IMG/VR virus record: IMGVR_UViG_3300029288_000060
Coordinates: 128,001 to 192,000 of that record
Source: a virus
Taxonomy: Duplodnaviria > Caudoviricetes
Reading direction: 5' to 3' (one strand)
DNA length: 64,000 nucleotides
Positions 10,704 through 18,977 of the stretch are shown here, piece by piece. The notes beneath the pieces were generated by a model, which was given only the letters and a program-made list of their open reading frames with translations, searched no databases and was not told the origin of the DNA. Each line of letters starts with the position of its first letter. The first letter of the stretch is position 1. Both the position numbers and the translations under genes were made by a program.

Positions 10704-11177
10704 TTAACCCTTTGTACCGGCTTGTCTTACAAATTCTAGTACATCGTTACTCTTTAAAATATATGAATCTTGAACTTCAACGCCATTAACAACTCCAACG
10801 CCATCAGTTTCGATATTCAAAATTTCCCGATATGTAGCTTTTATAAATCCAACAGATCTTCCAACTACAGGATAATTCGATGACGCTGCGCCACATGATA
10901 CAGAAATAAGACTTTTATAAGAATCATCCTTTTCAATAAAACTATGAAGATTGGCAGTAATATAAGGAATTTTGCTATTATCAACAGGCTTTTTTGATAC
11001 GGTTTCCTTTGAATTTGCATTTTTCAAACTTTTATAAAAAGCTCCAATAGCTTCAATAATTACATCTTTCCTTGCTTTTGCCATCTTAGGAATATCATAC
11101 ATTTTACAAATTTCGCGTAATTCAGCAACCGTTTTTTCCAAAAGCTCATCATTGTTAAATATACGGATGTTTGACAT
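10704..11177 (-). CDS. Ubiquitin-like (beta-grasp) protein with N-terminal Rho-N/SAP-like helical domain
   Basis: Start MSNIRIF at 11177 with AGGAG RBS; KTVAELREICKMYDI...RKDVIIEAI helix-extension-helix pattern; C-terminal VVNG...YILKSNDVLEFVRQAGTKG ending in Gly. Confidence 0.8.
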   Translation of the reverse strand: MSNIRIFNNDELLEKTVAELREICKMYDIPKMAKARKDVIIEAIGAFYKSLKNANSKETVSKKPVDNSKIPYITANLHSFIEKDDSYKSLISVSCGAASSNYPVVGRSVGFIKATYREILNIETDGVGVVNGVEVQDSYILKSNDVLEFVRQAGTKG

Positions 11178-11178
11178 A

Positions 11179-11880
11179 TTAAAATCTCCTTGTATTGTTT
11201 TTTGTTTTTGGTACTCTTTTTTTACAATTCGCATTCATAGTTAACAAATCAAAATAAATTTCTGAAAAATTATAATTGTTATTTTCAATTATATTGTAAA
11301 ACGCAGCACACATATAAGAAGCTACCATAAAATTGGTAAAATATAATTGAGGTTTTGAATTAGATAACTCTTCGCAAGACATTTCATTTGGTAATTTATC
11401 TGTAGCGTTTTCAATTTCTGGATGATAATCAGTTAAGCTTGGAGTTATATTTACTCCATCCTTTTTAATAAAAACTTGAACATTACCATCTGTTAATTCA
11501 TTTCCGCCAGAAATGATAACAATATCTTTCAAATTTTCAGCGTACTCTGAAATTATCAGTCTTGTTCTATGGTTATCAACCCCTACAAATACTATTGTAT
11601 TTTCATTTATAATACTAGAAATTGTATTTTCATCAACAAATACTGAATGATCTACAAAATTAATTGATGTAAATTTATCTTTTAATTCAGCACATTTTAT
11701 TTCAGCTTTATTACCAAACCCATTAAATTCTTGTCTTTTGGTATTTTTAAATTCATATTTATCTCCATCAACTAAATTGATAATGGGTTGAGTTATATTG
11801 TCTCTTGTATTAATATATCTTGAAATTGTGTTTGATAATATTGAACCAATACCGCCTAACCCTATGATTGTAATTTCCAT
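11179..11880 (-). CDS. ThiF/E1 ubiquitin-like activating enzyme
   Basis: IIGLGGIGS, LVDGD, NTKRQ, NKAE, GVDNHRTR; candidate catalytic Cys in MSCEE. Confidence 0.88.
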   Translation of the reverse strand: MEITIIGLGGIGSILSNTISRYINTRDNITQPIINLVDGDKYEFKNTKRQEFNGFGNKAEIKCAELKDKFTSINFVDHSVFVDENTISSIINENTIVFVGVDNHRTRLIISEYAENLKDIVIISGGNELTDGNVQVFIKKDGVNITPSLTDYHPEIENATDKLPNEMSCEELSNSKPQLYFTNFMVASYMCAAFYNIIENNNYNFSEIYFDLLTMNANCKKRVPKTKNNTRRF

Positions 11881-11883
11881 TTT

Positions 11884-12873
11884 TCACCATGTCCATAATT
11901 TTTCACTGTCAAAAATGCTGTAATCAAGATTAAAATTATTTTTACAATCTTCCTCTTTTACTTTTTTTACCTCTTCTAAGTTTATTTTTGTAGTTCTATG
12001 GATACAATTGTTACAAACATCATATTTTTTACACTCGGACACCTCCATTTCTTTTGATTCTGTTTTTATTAACTTTGATCCATCGAACATATAAGTTGGA
12101 TATGAATTAAAATCAAATTGAGTGGTTTTATATTCTTTCTTCTTTACTTTTCTTAACCATTCTTTTTTAAAAGTTATTTGATTTGAATAATTAGTTAAAG
12201 CAAAACTAAACGTTGTTTTTACACTTTTATTATAAACTTTCTCTCCATTTATAACTTGAAAACTAGGTTTAAACATATTTGTTGAGTAATTACAATATTC
12301 TACAAATTTTAAGCCTTCAATATAGTCTTCTGAAATAACTGGAACTCTCATTCCATTAACGGCTACAGTTGCAGTTATATCAAAAAACTCTTTATCATTT
12401 AATTTCCCTACAGTAATATGAATTCCATCAAACTTATCTTCATCACTAACATCAGTAGCGGAATGAAATGCCGCCATACTTCCATGACTATGAATTGTAC
12501 CAATCAAGTTATAATTTTTTATAACTATGTTAGCTTTGTAGGATAAAGACGCGGAACTTACCTCTTGCTCTGGAACATAAATTTTGTAATTTTTATTTTT
12601 TTTATTATAGTATAAAAGAACAATTGCTTCACTGGAATATAAATTATACACTTCTCTAAAAAAAGCTAAAATATTTGCAAATACTTTTTCAGGAATTTTT
12701 GGAATATTAATTTTAGCAAAAGTTTGAATATTATCCAGAAATGATATTTTGTCAACGGGTGTGATACTTTCAATTAGATCTAATTTCTTTTTTAAAAAAA
12801 TTCCATCTTTTGCAATTATGTAGCATGTTTCATCCTGTGGTATACTTTTCCCATCATTTATATATACATTCAT
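11884..12873 (-). CDS. JAB/MPN+ metallo-isopeptidase
   Basis: Upstream Glu (SEAIV) and IHSHGSMAAFHSATDVSDE, the HxH-x7-S-x2-D JAMM motif. Confidence 0.9.
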   Translation of the reverse strand: MNVYINDGKSIPQDETCYIIAKDGIFLKKKLDLIESITPVDKISFLDNIQTFAKINIPKIPEKVFANILAFFREVYNLYSSEAIVLLYYNKKNKNYKIYVPEQEVSSASLSYKANIVIKNYNLIGTIHSHGSMAAFHSATDVSDEDKFDGIHITVGKLNDKEFFDITATVAVNGMRVPVISEDYIEGLKFVEYCNYSTNMFKPSFQVINGEKVYNKSVKTTFSFALTNYSNQITFKKEWLRKVKKKEYKTTQFDFNSYPTYMFDGSKLIKTESKEMEVSECKKYDVCNNCIHRTTKINLEEVKKVKEEDCKNNFNLDYSIFDSEKLWTW

Positions 12874-15364
12874 TCAAGCTCCAAGTTGTTCTTGCAAATG
12901 TATGATTCCGCGAATTATTATCTACCAAAATATTTCCAAATATATTCATTTTTCCACGTACGACTGGTATCGATAATAATTCTTTTACAGCATATCTAGG
13001 CAGTAACAAACCATATCTTATTAAATGATTAGTATTTGTTATTGGATGTCCATTTTCAAACTGATAATCATCCGGTGATAAATGTTGATAAAAAGAACAA
13101 TAAGTACTATGGTAAGTTTTGACTAATAATTTATCACTAAGTTTAAATTTAAAAATATCCCCATCCTGAATTTTATTTATTGGTGCAGGCTCGTTTATTT
13201 TAAGTTTATGGAACATTAATTCGTTTGAGTTATAAATATTAAAGTCAGCCTCAATTTGCTCAAATAACAATGTTCTATAATTAGAAAACAATACTAAGGG
13301 TTTTAGATCATCAATAATAAAAGCTTTAATTTCATTGCAGTCTTTCATTGGAAAATCAGCAATACTTTTTTTATTTGCTTTTACCTTCATACCGATTTCA
13401 AGGTTATTTATTTTTTTGCAAACCTGTCTTACAGTGGGAAAATAATTTTTTACTCTAGATTTTTCTTTGTCAAATTTTATAATTGGGTGTTTTAAAGTAT
13501 TATTCTCGTCATCCACTAAAATTAAATAAAAATAATTGTCATCTATTTCAAAACTAGAAATTTTTCTTATGACAAACATTTCTTCTGGTTGTTCCCAATT
13601 TATAACAATTACTTCATCCCCTATATGATAAGATATATCCTTATCATAAGACATAATTGTAAAAAATTCTTTTTTATCTATGCAAATATTTTGAAAATAA
13701 TTTATACATTTATCGATATTACATTCTAAAGATTTGACCGAGTAATCAAAATCATCACTATCAATAAGAAATCCTGAAGTTTTCAAGATATTTACATTAT
13801 GTTCTTTTGATGTATTAGTGAAAAGTTGATCATTGAATCTATATACTTCCTCACTAAAAATATTTTTTTCATCAACAATACTGTAATTTGATTTGTCATT
13901 AAAGTCGATCATAAGTTTAGGGCGGTCTTGATTTTCATGGTCAAATACTAAATAAGCTTTATTATCTAATATTTCTACACAATCATATTTTGTAATATAT
14001 AATTTCACAAAAGTTGAACTAAATCTATTATGATGTTGTATATAATATTTATTATTTTTAATTAAACTAATATTTTGAAATTTAATATCAGTATTATCAA
14101 CTTTTTCAATAAATTTATTTAAAAAAGAAGATAAAAGGTAAAAGTTTGCGCCAATTTTAACCTGAATTGTGTTATCTCTTAATTTTAAAATTTTTTCAAC
14201 TGGTTGAACTGATTCTGAAGCTTTAAAATATATAATATCTCCAATATGTAGTTCTGTTTCTTCATTAATTTTTATAGATTCCATAGTATTTATTTTTTCG
14301 ATAGATTTAAGAATTTCTTCACGGTTTTCACCGTTTAAATCTATTTTTATTATATTATTTTCATTATCTTCTAATCTAACTGTGGTTATATAATTTTCAT
14401 TATCATTATAATGTTTAAAGAAATCACAAACATAGTAATTTACATCTTTGTATTTTATTTCATCTCCGCATGATAAAAATGTAGTTCCCAATGGGATAGA
14501 TTCCATCCGATATTTTCTAATTTTGTTTTTATATTTATTTTTAATTGAATTTTGTAAATTGCTAAATGAGTATTGTCTTGATTGATAAGCTTCATTAATT
14601 AAATTATTTATAGTAAGACCAGAATTTAACCATCTTGTTGAAAATATAAATAATGGATCAATTTTTGTATTGTATGCCCAGGTAAACCAATCACATAGAT
14701 GGGGATTAATTTCATATTTTTTAATAAACATTTCATAATCAGTATTAAATTCATTGAACCAAAATCTATTAGTTAATTCTTCAACTTTTTTAACAATAGA
14801 TGTAGATGACTCTTCATCCACAACTATTTCATCACCCAAACAAGCTTGATAATTACTATCAATATTTGGTAAACATGGAATTAATAAATAGTCTTCTAAA
14901 CTTGATATGGGATGTATTCTAAAAAATATTTTAAAACTTTTATATTGGTTATATCTATCCAATATAATAGCATAAACTATATGTGGAAAAGATAATGAAA
15001 ATCTATAAGGTTTTGTATGAAGAGGAAACTTGTCTAACTGGTACTCCTCATATTTTCCATTTATTTTATGAGCTTCAATTTGATAAGTTAAATCTTTATT
15101 AAGAAGTATAGTTCTTATTTTTGGAGTTTCTTCAATGATAATAATATTATTTTGATTTGGTAATGTTCTTATATATTTACAATTATTTGGCAGAATCTCA
15201 TGTTGCGGAGGAAGAGAGTTGTTATATAATCCATCAAGAAAATCTGTTGTATTCATAGAACTTTGAATAGAATAAGGTTCTGCTTTAACATAGTCTTCAC
15301 TATATAATGACGTTACATTTTTGACAATTGAATCATTAATTACTATTTCATCTATTGTATTCAT
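12854..15364 (-). CDS. Large protein with N-terminal prokaryotic E2-like domain and long C-terminal region
   Basis: LSFPHIVY...LPNIDSNYQACLG...FWFNEFNTD resembles prokaryotic E2 family D; overlaps the JAB gene. Confidence 0.7.
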   Translation of the reverse strand: MNTIDEIVINDSIVKNVTSLYSEDYVKAEPYSIQSSMNTTDFLDGLYNNSLPPQHEILPNNCKYIRTLPNQNNIIIIEETPKIRTILLNKDLTYQIEAHKINGKYEEYQLDKFPLHTKPYRFSLSFPHIVYAIILDRYNQYKSFKIFFRIHPISSLEDYLLIPCLPNIDSNYQACLGDEIVVDEESSTSIVKKVEELTNRFWFNEFNTDYEMFIKKYEINPHLCDWFTWAYNTKIDPLFIFSTRWLNSGLTINNLINEAYQSRQYSFSNLQNSIKNKYKNKIRKYRMESIPLGTTFLSCGDEIKYKDVNYYVCDFFKHYNDNENYITTVRLEDNENNIIKIDLNGENREEILKSIEKINTMESIKINEETELHIGDIIYFKASESVQPVEKILKLRDNTIQVKIGANFYLLSSFLNKFIEKVDNTDIKFQNISLIKNNKYYIQHHNRFSSTFVKLYITKYDCVEILDNKAYLVFDHENQDRPKLMIDFNDKSNYSIVDEKNIFSEEVYRFNDQLFTNTSKEHNVNILKTSGFLIDSDDFDYSVKSLECNIDKCINYFQNICIDKKEFFTIMSYDKDISYHIGDEVIVINWEQPEEMFVIRKISSFEIDDNYFYLILVDDENNTLKHPIIKFDKEKSRVKNYFPTVRQVCKKINNLEIGMKVKANKKSIADFPMKDCNEIKAFIIDDLKPLVLFSNYRTLLFEQIEADFNIYNSNELMFHKLKINEPAPINKIQDGDIFKFKLSDKLLVKTYHSTYCSFYQHLSPDDYQFENGHPITNTNHLIRYGLLLPRYAVKELLSIPVVRGKMNIFGNILVDNNSRNHTFARTTWSLNECIYK

Positions 15365-15367
15365 TTA

Positions 15368-15718
15368 TTACTCACCTCTAACATATTTTAACGTTTCCGC
15401 ATAAAATTTAAGTATCTTTTCTGCTTTGTTTTCTGTAACTTCCCATACTTTTTTTCTTTTTATTTGTTCATTTGTTTTTTTCTTAGACCATAAAGAAATA
15501 ATATAAGTTTCTTTTGATTCTCTTTCTAAACAAAGGAAATTGATTCCGATTTCTTCATTAAATTGAATTGCTAAAAATATATTAGGCCCTACAGGTTGAT
15601 CATTAGGAACTGTAAATTTTGGAGTTTCTTCTATCATAATTTGGTCACAAATTCTTTTTACTTGTTCATCCAATTCAGATTTTGATAATTGTTGAAGTAA
15701 CTCATTTAATATCGGCAT
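15368..15718 (-). CDS. Hypothetical protein
   Basis: 116-aa ORF coupled to neighbours. Confidence 0.6.
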   Translation of the reverse strand: MPILNELLQQLSKSELDEQVKRICDQIMIEETPKFTVPNDQPVGPNIFLAIQFNEEIGINFLCLERESKETYIISLWSKKKTNEQIKRKKVWEVTENKAEKILKFYAETLKYVRGE

Positions 15719-16034
15719 TATTTACTCCATCTTTAATTTTTAATATTATATCATCAAGAAAACTTTTTTGTTTTTCATTATCCATTTCTGTAATTTTTGG
15801 TATTATTAATGATATTATTGTCTCTAAAAAATTACATAATTCTTTATTTTCTAATTCCCCAGCTTGCATATATACATCATTTCCATTAATGTCAATCATT
15901 AAAAACTTCTCTTCTATGTTTTTAAAATTAATGTTTTGAATTCTCATTAAGTAAGATGGACAATTTAACCATATTCGTTTATTTATTGTGTCAATATCTA
16001 ACGTGCCATAAGGAATATTTTTTGATATTATCAA
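15702..16034 (-). CDS. Hypothetical protein
   Basis: 110-aa ORF with GGAGG RBS. Confidence 0.6.
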   Translation of the reverse strand: MIISKNIPYGTLDIDTINKRIWLNCPSYLMRIQNINFKNIEEKFLMIDINGNDVYMQAGELENKELCNFLETIISLIIPKITEMDNEKQKSFLDDIILKIKDGVNNADIK

Positions 16035-16050
16035 CTGTAGCCTCCAAAAC

Positions 16051-16365
16051 TTATTTTAACCTTTCGATCTTATACATTTTTTTTGATGAAGTAACAACAT
16101 ATTCCAATCGATCAAATGGTACAGATCGCCAATCTTGTTTTTCTATATCAAAAACACTTAAAATTTTACTTTTTTGTATTTTTGATAAAATTTTAGTTAA
16201 ATCTATTCCTTTAGGTTTTTTCTCCTTTGGAATTCTATTAAAATCTAAAGTACATTTCATCATTCGAGTTGAACCATCTTTTTTTTCAAATTGTACTGAA
16301 ACTTCTTTTTCATTTTTTATTATTTTTAAGAATTCAATTGCTGATGTGATTGTTTCTTTCTCCAT
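16051..16365 (-). CDS. WYL_2/Sm-like SH3 beta-barrel protein
   Basis: VQFEKKDGSTRMMKCTL and VFDIEKQDWRS motifs. Confidence 0.75.
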   Translation of the reverse strand: MEKETITSAIEFLKIIKNEKEVSVQFEKKDGSTRMMKCTLDFNRIPKEKKPKGIDLTKILSKIQKSKILSVFDIEKQDWRSVPFDRLEYVVTSSKKMYKIERLK

Positions 16366-16386
16366 TTTATCTCCATCTTTTATCTT

Positions 16387-16743
16387 TTACCAACTTTTAT
16401 ATTTATAAACTCTTTGAGGATAAATTTTATTTTTATAATTTCCTTTATCCAATACATCTTCAATCCATCTTATTCCATATTGTAATCTTGGAATAGCAAA
16501 TTTACCTACGTCTAAATCATGAACAGCAAAGAAAACATCATTTCTGTCCCCAGTATTTGGATCATCTTTATCTGGAAAAGTTTTAATTTCTTCAAGGTAT
16601 TGAATTCTTGCACCAAAAGTATCTAACATAAAACTTTCAAATTCTATAATCTTATCATCACCAACTATCGTGGCAGGCCAAACGCATACTTGGGTATAAT
16701 GTTCTTTTAATTTAACATTCTTTGAGCTAGTATTACTCTTCAT
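16387..16743 (-). CDS. Hypothetical protein
   Basis: 118-aa ORF abutting the radical SAM stop codon. Confidence 0.65.
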   Translation of the reverse strand: MKSNTSSKNVKLKEHYTQVCVWPATIVGDDKIIEFESFMLDTFGARIQYLEEIKTFPDKDDPNTGDRNDVFFAVHDLDVGKFAIPRLQYGIRWIEDVLDKGNYKNKIYPQRVYKYKSW

Positions 16744-17781
16744 TTATTCACCTTTTTCATTTCTTACATTTGAATGAATTAAGTTATCTGATGTTTCTTT
16801 ATCATTGGAAATCATTTCGCCCATCATGTAGCATGTATGGTTACATAATTTACAATATTTCTTTTTATCCGCAACTAAAGACTTTTTCAAATTTTTATTT
16901 ATTTCAGCGTTATGATCTAAAACATTAAGAATAGTAAAATTAAGAGCTAAATATTCAGCTCTGAGTCTTAAACATAAGCGCAAACAACCATCTGCATCAA
17001 CACACATTGTATGAAAATCTTTATCTAACTTACAATCATATTCACTTGGAAGGTAATCATACGTCATAGATAATAATGTATCTCTCATATGAACATTTAA
17101 TTTTTCATCAATAATTTTATCTAAAATATCTTTTAGTTCATTACTTTTATTTACTAATAATTTTTCATCTTCAATATTAGAGAAATCATAATATTCAGAT
17201 TTTGAAATATCAATGAACGTAATATCACTGTTAATACCTCTATTAGTTAATTCTTTAACTAATGGATATAAAAACTGATAATTATCATTTGTAACAGTTA
17301 TTTCAGCAACAACGTCATGTATTTTTTCCTTTAATTGTGTAAGTTTTTGTAAACCTTGCAAACTTTTCCTTGCTACGTCAGAATTTGCTCCTTCTATAAA
17401 AATAATTGGATCTACAGATGCAGTATATCCTTGTAAATAATCTACTTTTGATAATAATTCTTCAGTTTTCTTTTCATCAATATTATTACTAATTACTGTG
17501 TAAGCAATATTTTCATTGTTACAATAGTTAACAATCTCATAAAGATCTTCTCTTAGAGTTGGTTCCCCACCATAAAAAATCATAAAACAATCTGGATTAT
17601 GTTCTTTTAGTTTTTCTAAACCATAAATAACGGATTCTGTTGACATTTCATGTTCATGATAGTATCGCATATTAGGATATATGCCTGGTTTTGTTTTATA
17701 ATCTCTTACAAGTCTACAATAATCACACCTTAAATTACATCTTCTTGTGAGAATCCAGTTAACTATTTGAATTTTATTCAT
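16744..17781 (-). CDS. Radical SAM protein with Cys-rich (SPASM/twitch-like) C-terminus
   Basis: CNLRCDYC, YGGEPTL; C-terminal C...VDADG...C...CKLC...C. Confidence 0.88.
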   Translation of the reverse strand: MNKIQIVNWILTRRCNLRCDYCRLVRDYKTKPGIYPNMRYYHEHEMSTESVIYGLEKLKEHNPDCFMIFYGGEPTLREDLYEIVNYCNNENIAYTVISNNIDEKKTEELLSKVDYLQGYTASVDPIIFIEGANSDVARKSLQGLQKLTQLKEKIHDVVAEITVTNDNYQFLYPLVKELTNRGINSDITFIDISKSEYYDFSNIEDEKLLVNKSNELKDILDKIIDEKLNVHMRDTLLSMTYDYLPSEYDCKLDKDFHTMCVDADGCLRLCLRLRAEYLALNFTILNVLDHNAEINKNLKKSLVADKKKYCKLCNHTCYMMGEMISNDKETSDNLIHSNVRNEKGE

Positions 17782-17784
17782 TAA

Positions 17785-18480
17785 TTAATATCCTCCTTCG
17801 CCACTAATAACAATCACATCTTCTGTCTTAATATCTTCTTGTCCAATACCAGTGTCACATAATATTGTTTGCATCAAATCACCATCTTCATCGGATACTT
17901 GAAATTTAAGTAACTTAATTTCTTCAAACATATATTGATCAAATTTATCAGGATCTTCAAATTCACCTAAAATTTCTTTTTTAAGATTTTCATCTGATAT
18001 TGTATGTATATTAAAACATTTATTTAAGTCAAATATAGTAATTTTACAGTTTCGATCCATAAAAACTTCAATTTCTATTGGTTTATTTTTATCTTTTCTG
18101 CAGTCAGCGAGTATAAATGATGTAGAACTACTATTTGTTATAAAATCGCTTTTAAACTTCATTTCATTTCCACCATCCCTAAATAAAATTCTTACAACAT
18201 TTGGTCCTGGTCCTCGTAATCTGCTACCGCGACTAATTACATTTAAATTCAGCCTTGCTTTTACTTCTGCATTAAATTCTTCTGGTATTTGCTTTTCAAT
18301 ATATTCTTTAATATTAATTATTCTTTTTGAAATCAGATGGTTTATACTTTCCATATACCACTTAAAACTTACTCCATTTTTAATTTTGTCAGCATAATCC
18401 GGTTTACCTAATAAATTGCACATATATCTTCTTATTATTTTATATTTTTCAGTACTTTTAAAACCAATTGCCCTACCCAT
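17785..18480 (-). CDS. Hypothetical protein fused in frame to a TNSSS-motif protein (internal start at 18162)
   Basis: Internal MKFKSDFITNSSSTSF preceded by a GGTGG RBS-like sequence. Confidence 0.7.
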   Translation of the reverse strand: MGRAIGFKSTEKYKIIRRYMCNLLGKPDYADKIKNGVSFKWYMESINHLISKRIINIKEYIEKQIPEEFNAEVKARLNLNVISRGSRLRGPGPNVVRILFRDGGNEMKFKSDFITNSSSTSFILADCRKDKNKPIEIEVFMDRNCKITIFDLNKCFNIHTISDENLKKEILGEFEDPDKFDQYMFEEIKLLKFQVSDEDGDLMQTILCDTGIGQEDIKTEDVIVISGEGGY

Positions 18481-18484
18481 TGAT

Positions 18485-18940
18485 TTATACTCCTATAATA
18501 TCTCTCGCCATTTTTTCTAATGAAGGATCTAACCAATCTCTTTTCACTGGTAAATCATTAATAATTTCAGTAAGCACATATTCTAAATCCTCTGCCCTTT
18601 TCTTAATATAACTATCTTTTCTAATAATTTTATAATACTCCTTTTGAGTTAGATCATATTTTAAGCAAAAACATTTTAAACATTTATAATATCTTCCTAT
18701 ACTATCTATACATGGTCCATACCAATCATCATGCTTACACATTAATTGGTTAATAATTGTTTCTTTTGAACCTCCATATAAAACAAAAGATTTCTCTTCT
18801 TCTTCATCTTCAATTTTTCCTATTACTTTAATTGAAGATGATGAAATGTCTAATTCATCTAAAATAAATTGTCGACATGCTTCTTCTTGTTCTTTTTCAG
18901 TATCATATCCATCAAGAAACAAATCAATGATATATTTCAT
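18485..18940 (-). CDS. Hypothetical protein with Cys/His cluster
   Basis: 151-aa ORF, AGGAG RBS, CKH...CLKC. Confidence 0.6.
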   Translation of the reverse strand: MKYIIDLFLDGYDTEKEQEEACRQFILDELDISSSSIKVIGKIEDEEEEKSFVLYGGSKETIINQLMCKHDDWYGPCIDSIGRYYKCLKCFCLKYDLTQKEYYKIIRKDSYIKKRAEDLEYVLTEIINDLPVKRDWLDPSLEKMARDIIGV

Positions 18941-18977
18941 ATTTACTCCTTAAATTAATTTTAATTTAAGAACTTAG

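Noticed and set aside
8876-11880. ThiF genes as thiamine or molybdopterin biosynthesis
   Set aside because: No thiG, thiH, moaE or similar genes; E2-like and JAB partners are present instead
16744-17781. Radical SAM gene as queE
   Set aside because: It is longer than typical QueE, has extra C-terminal Cys clusters and is not next to queD or folE2; not fully excluded
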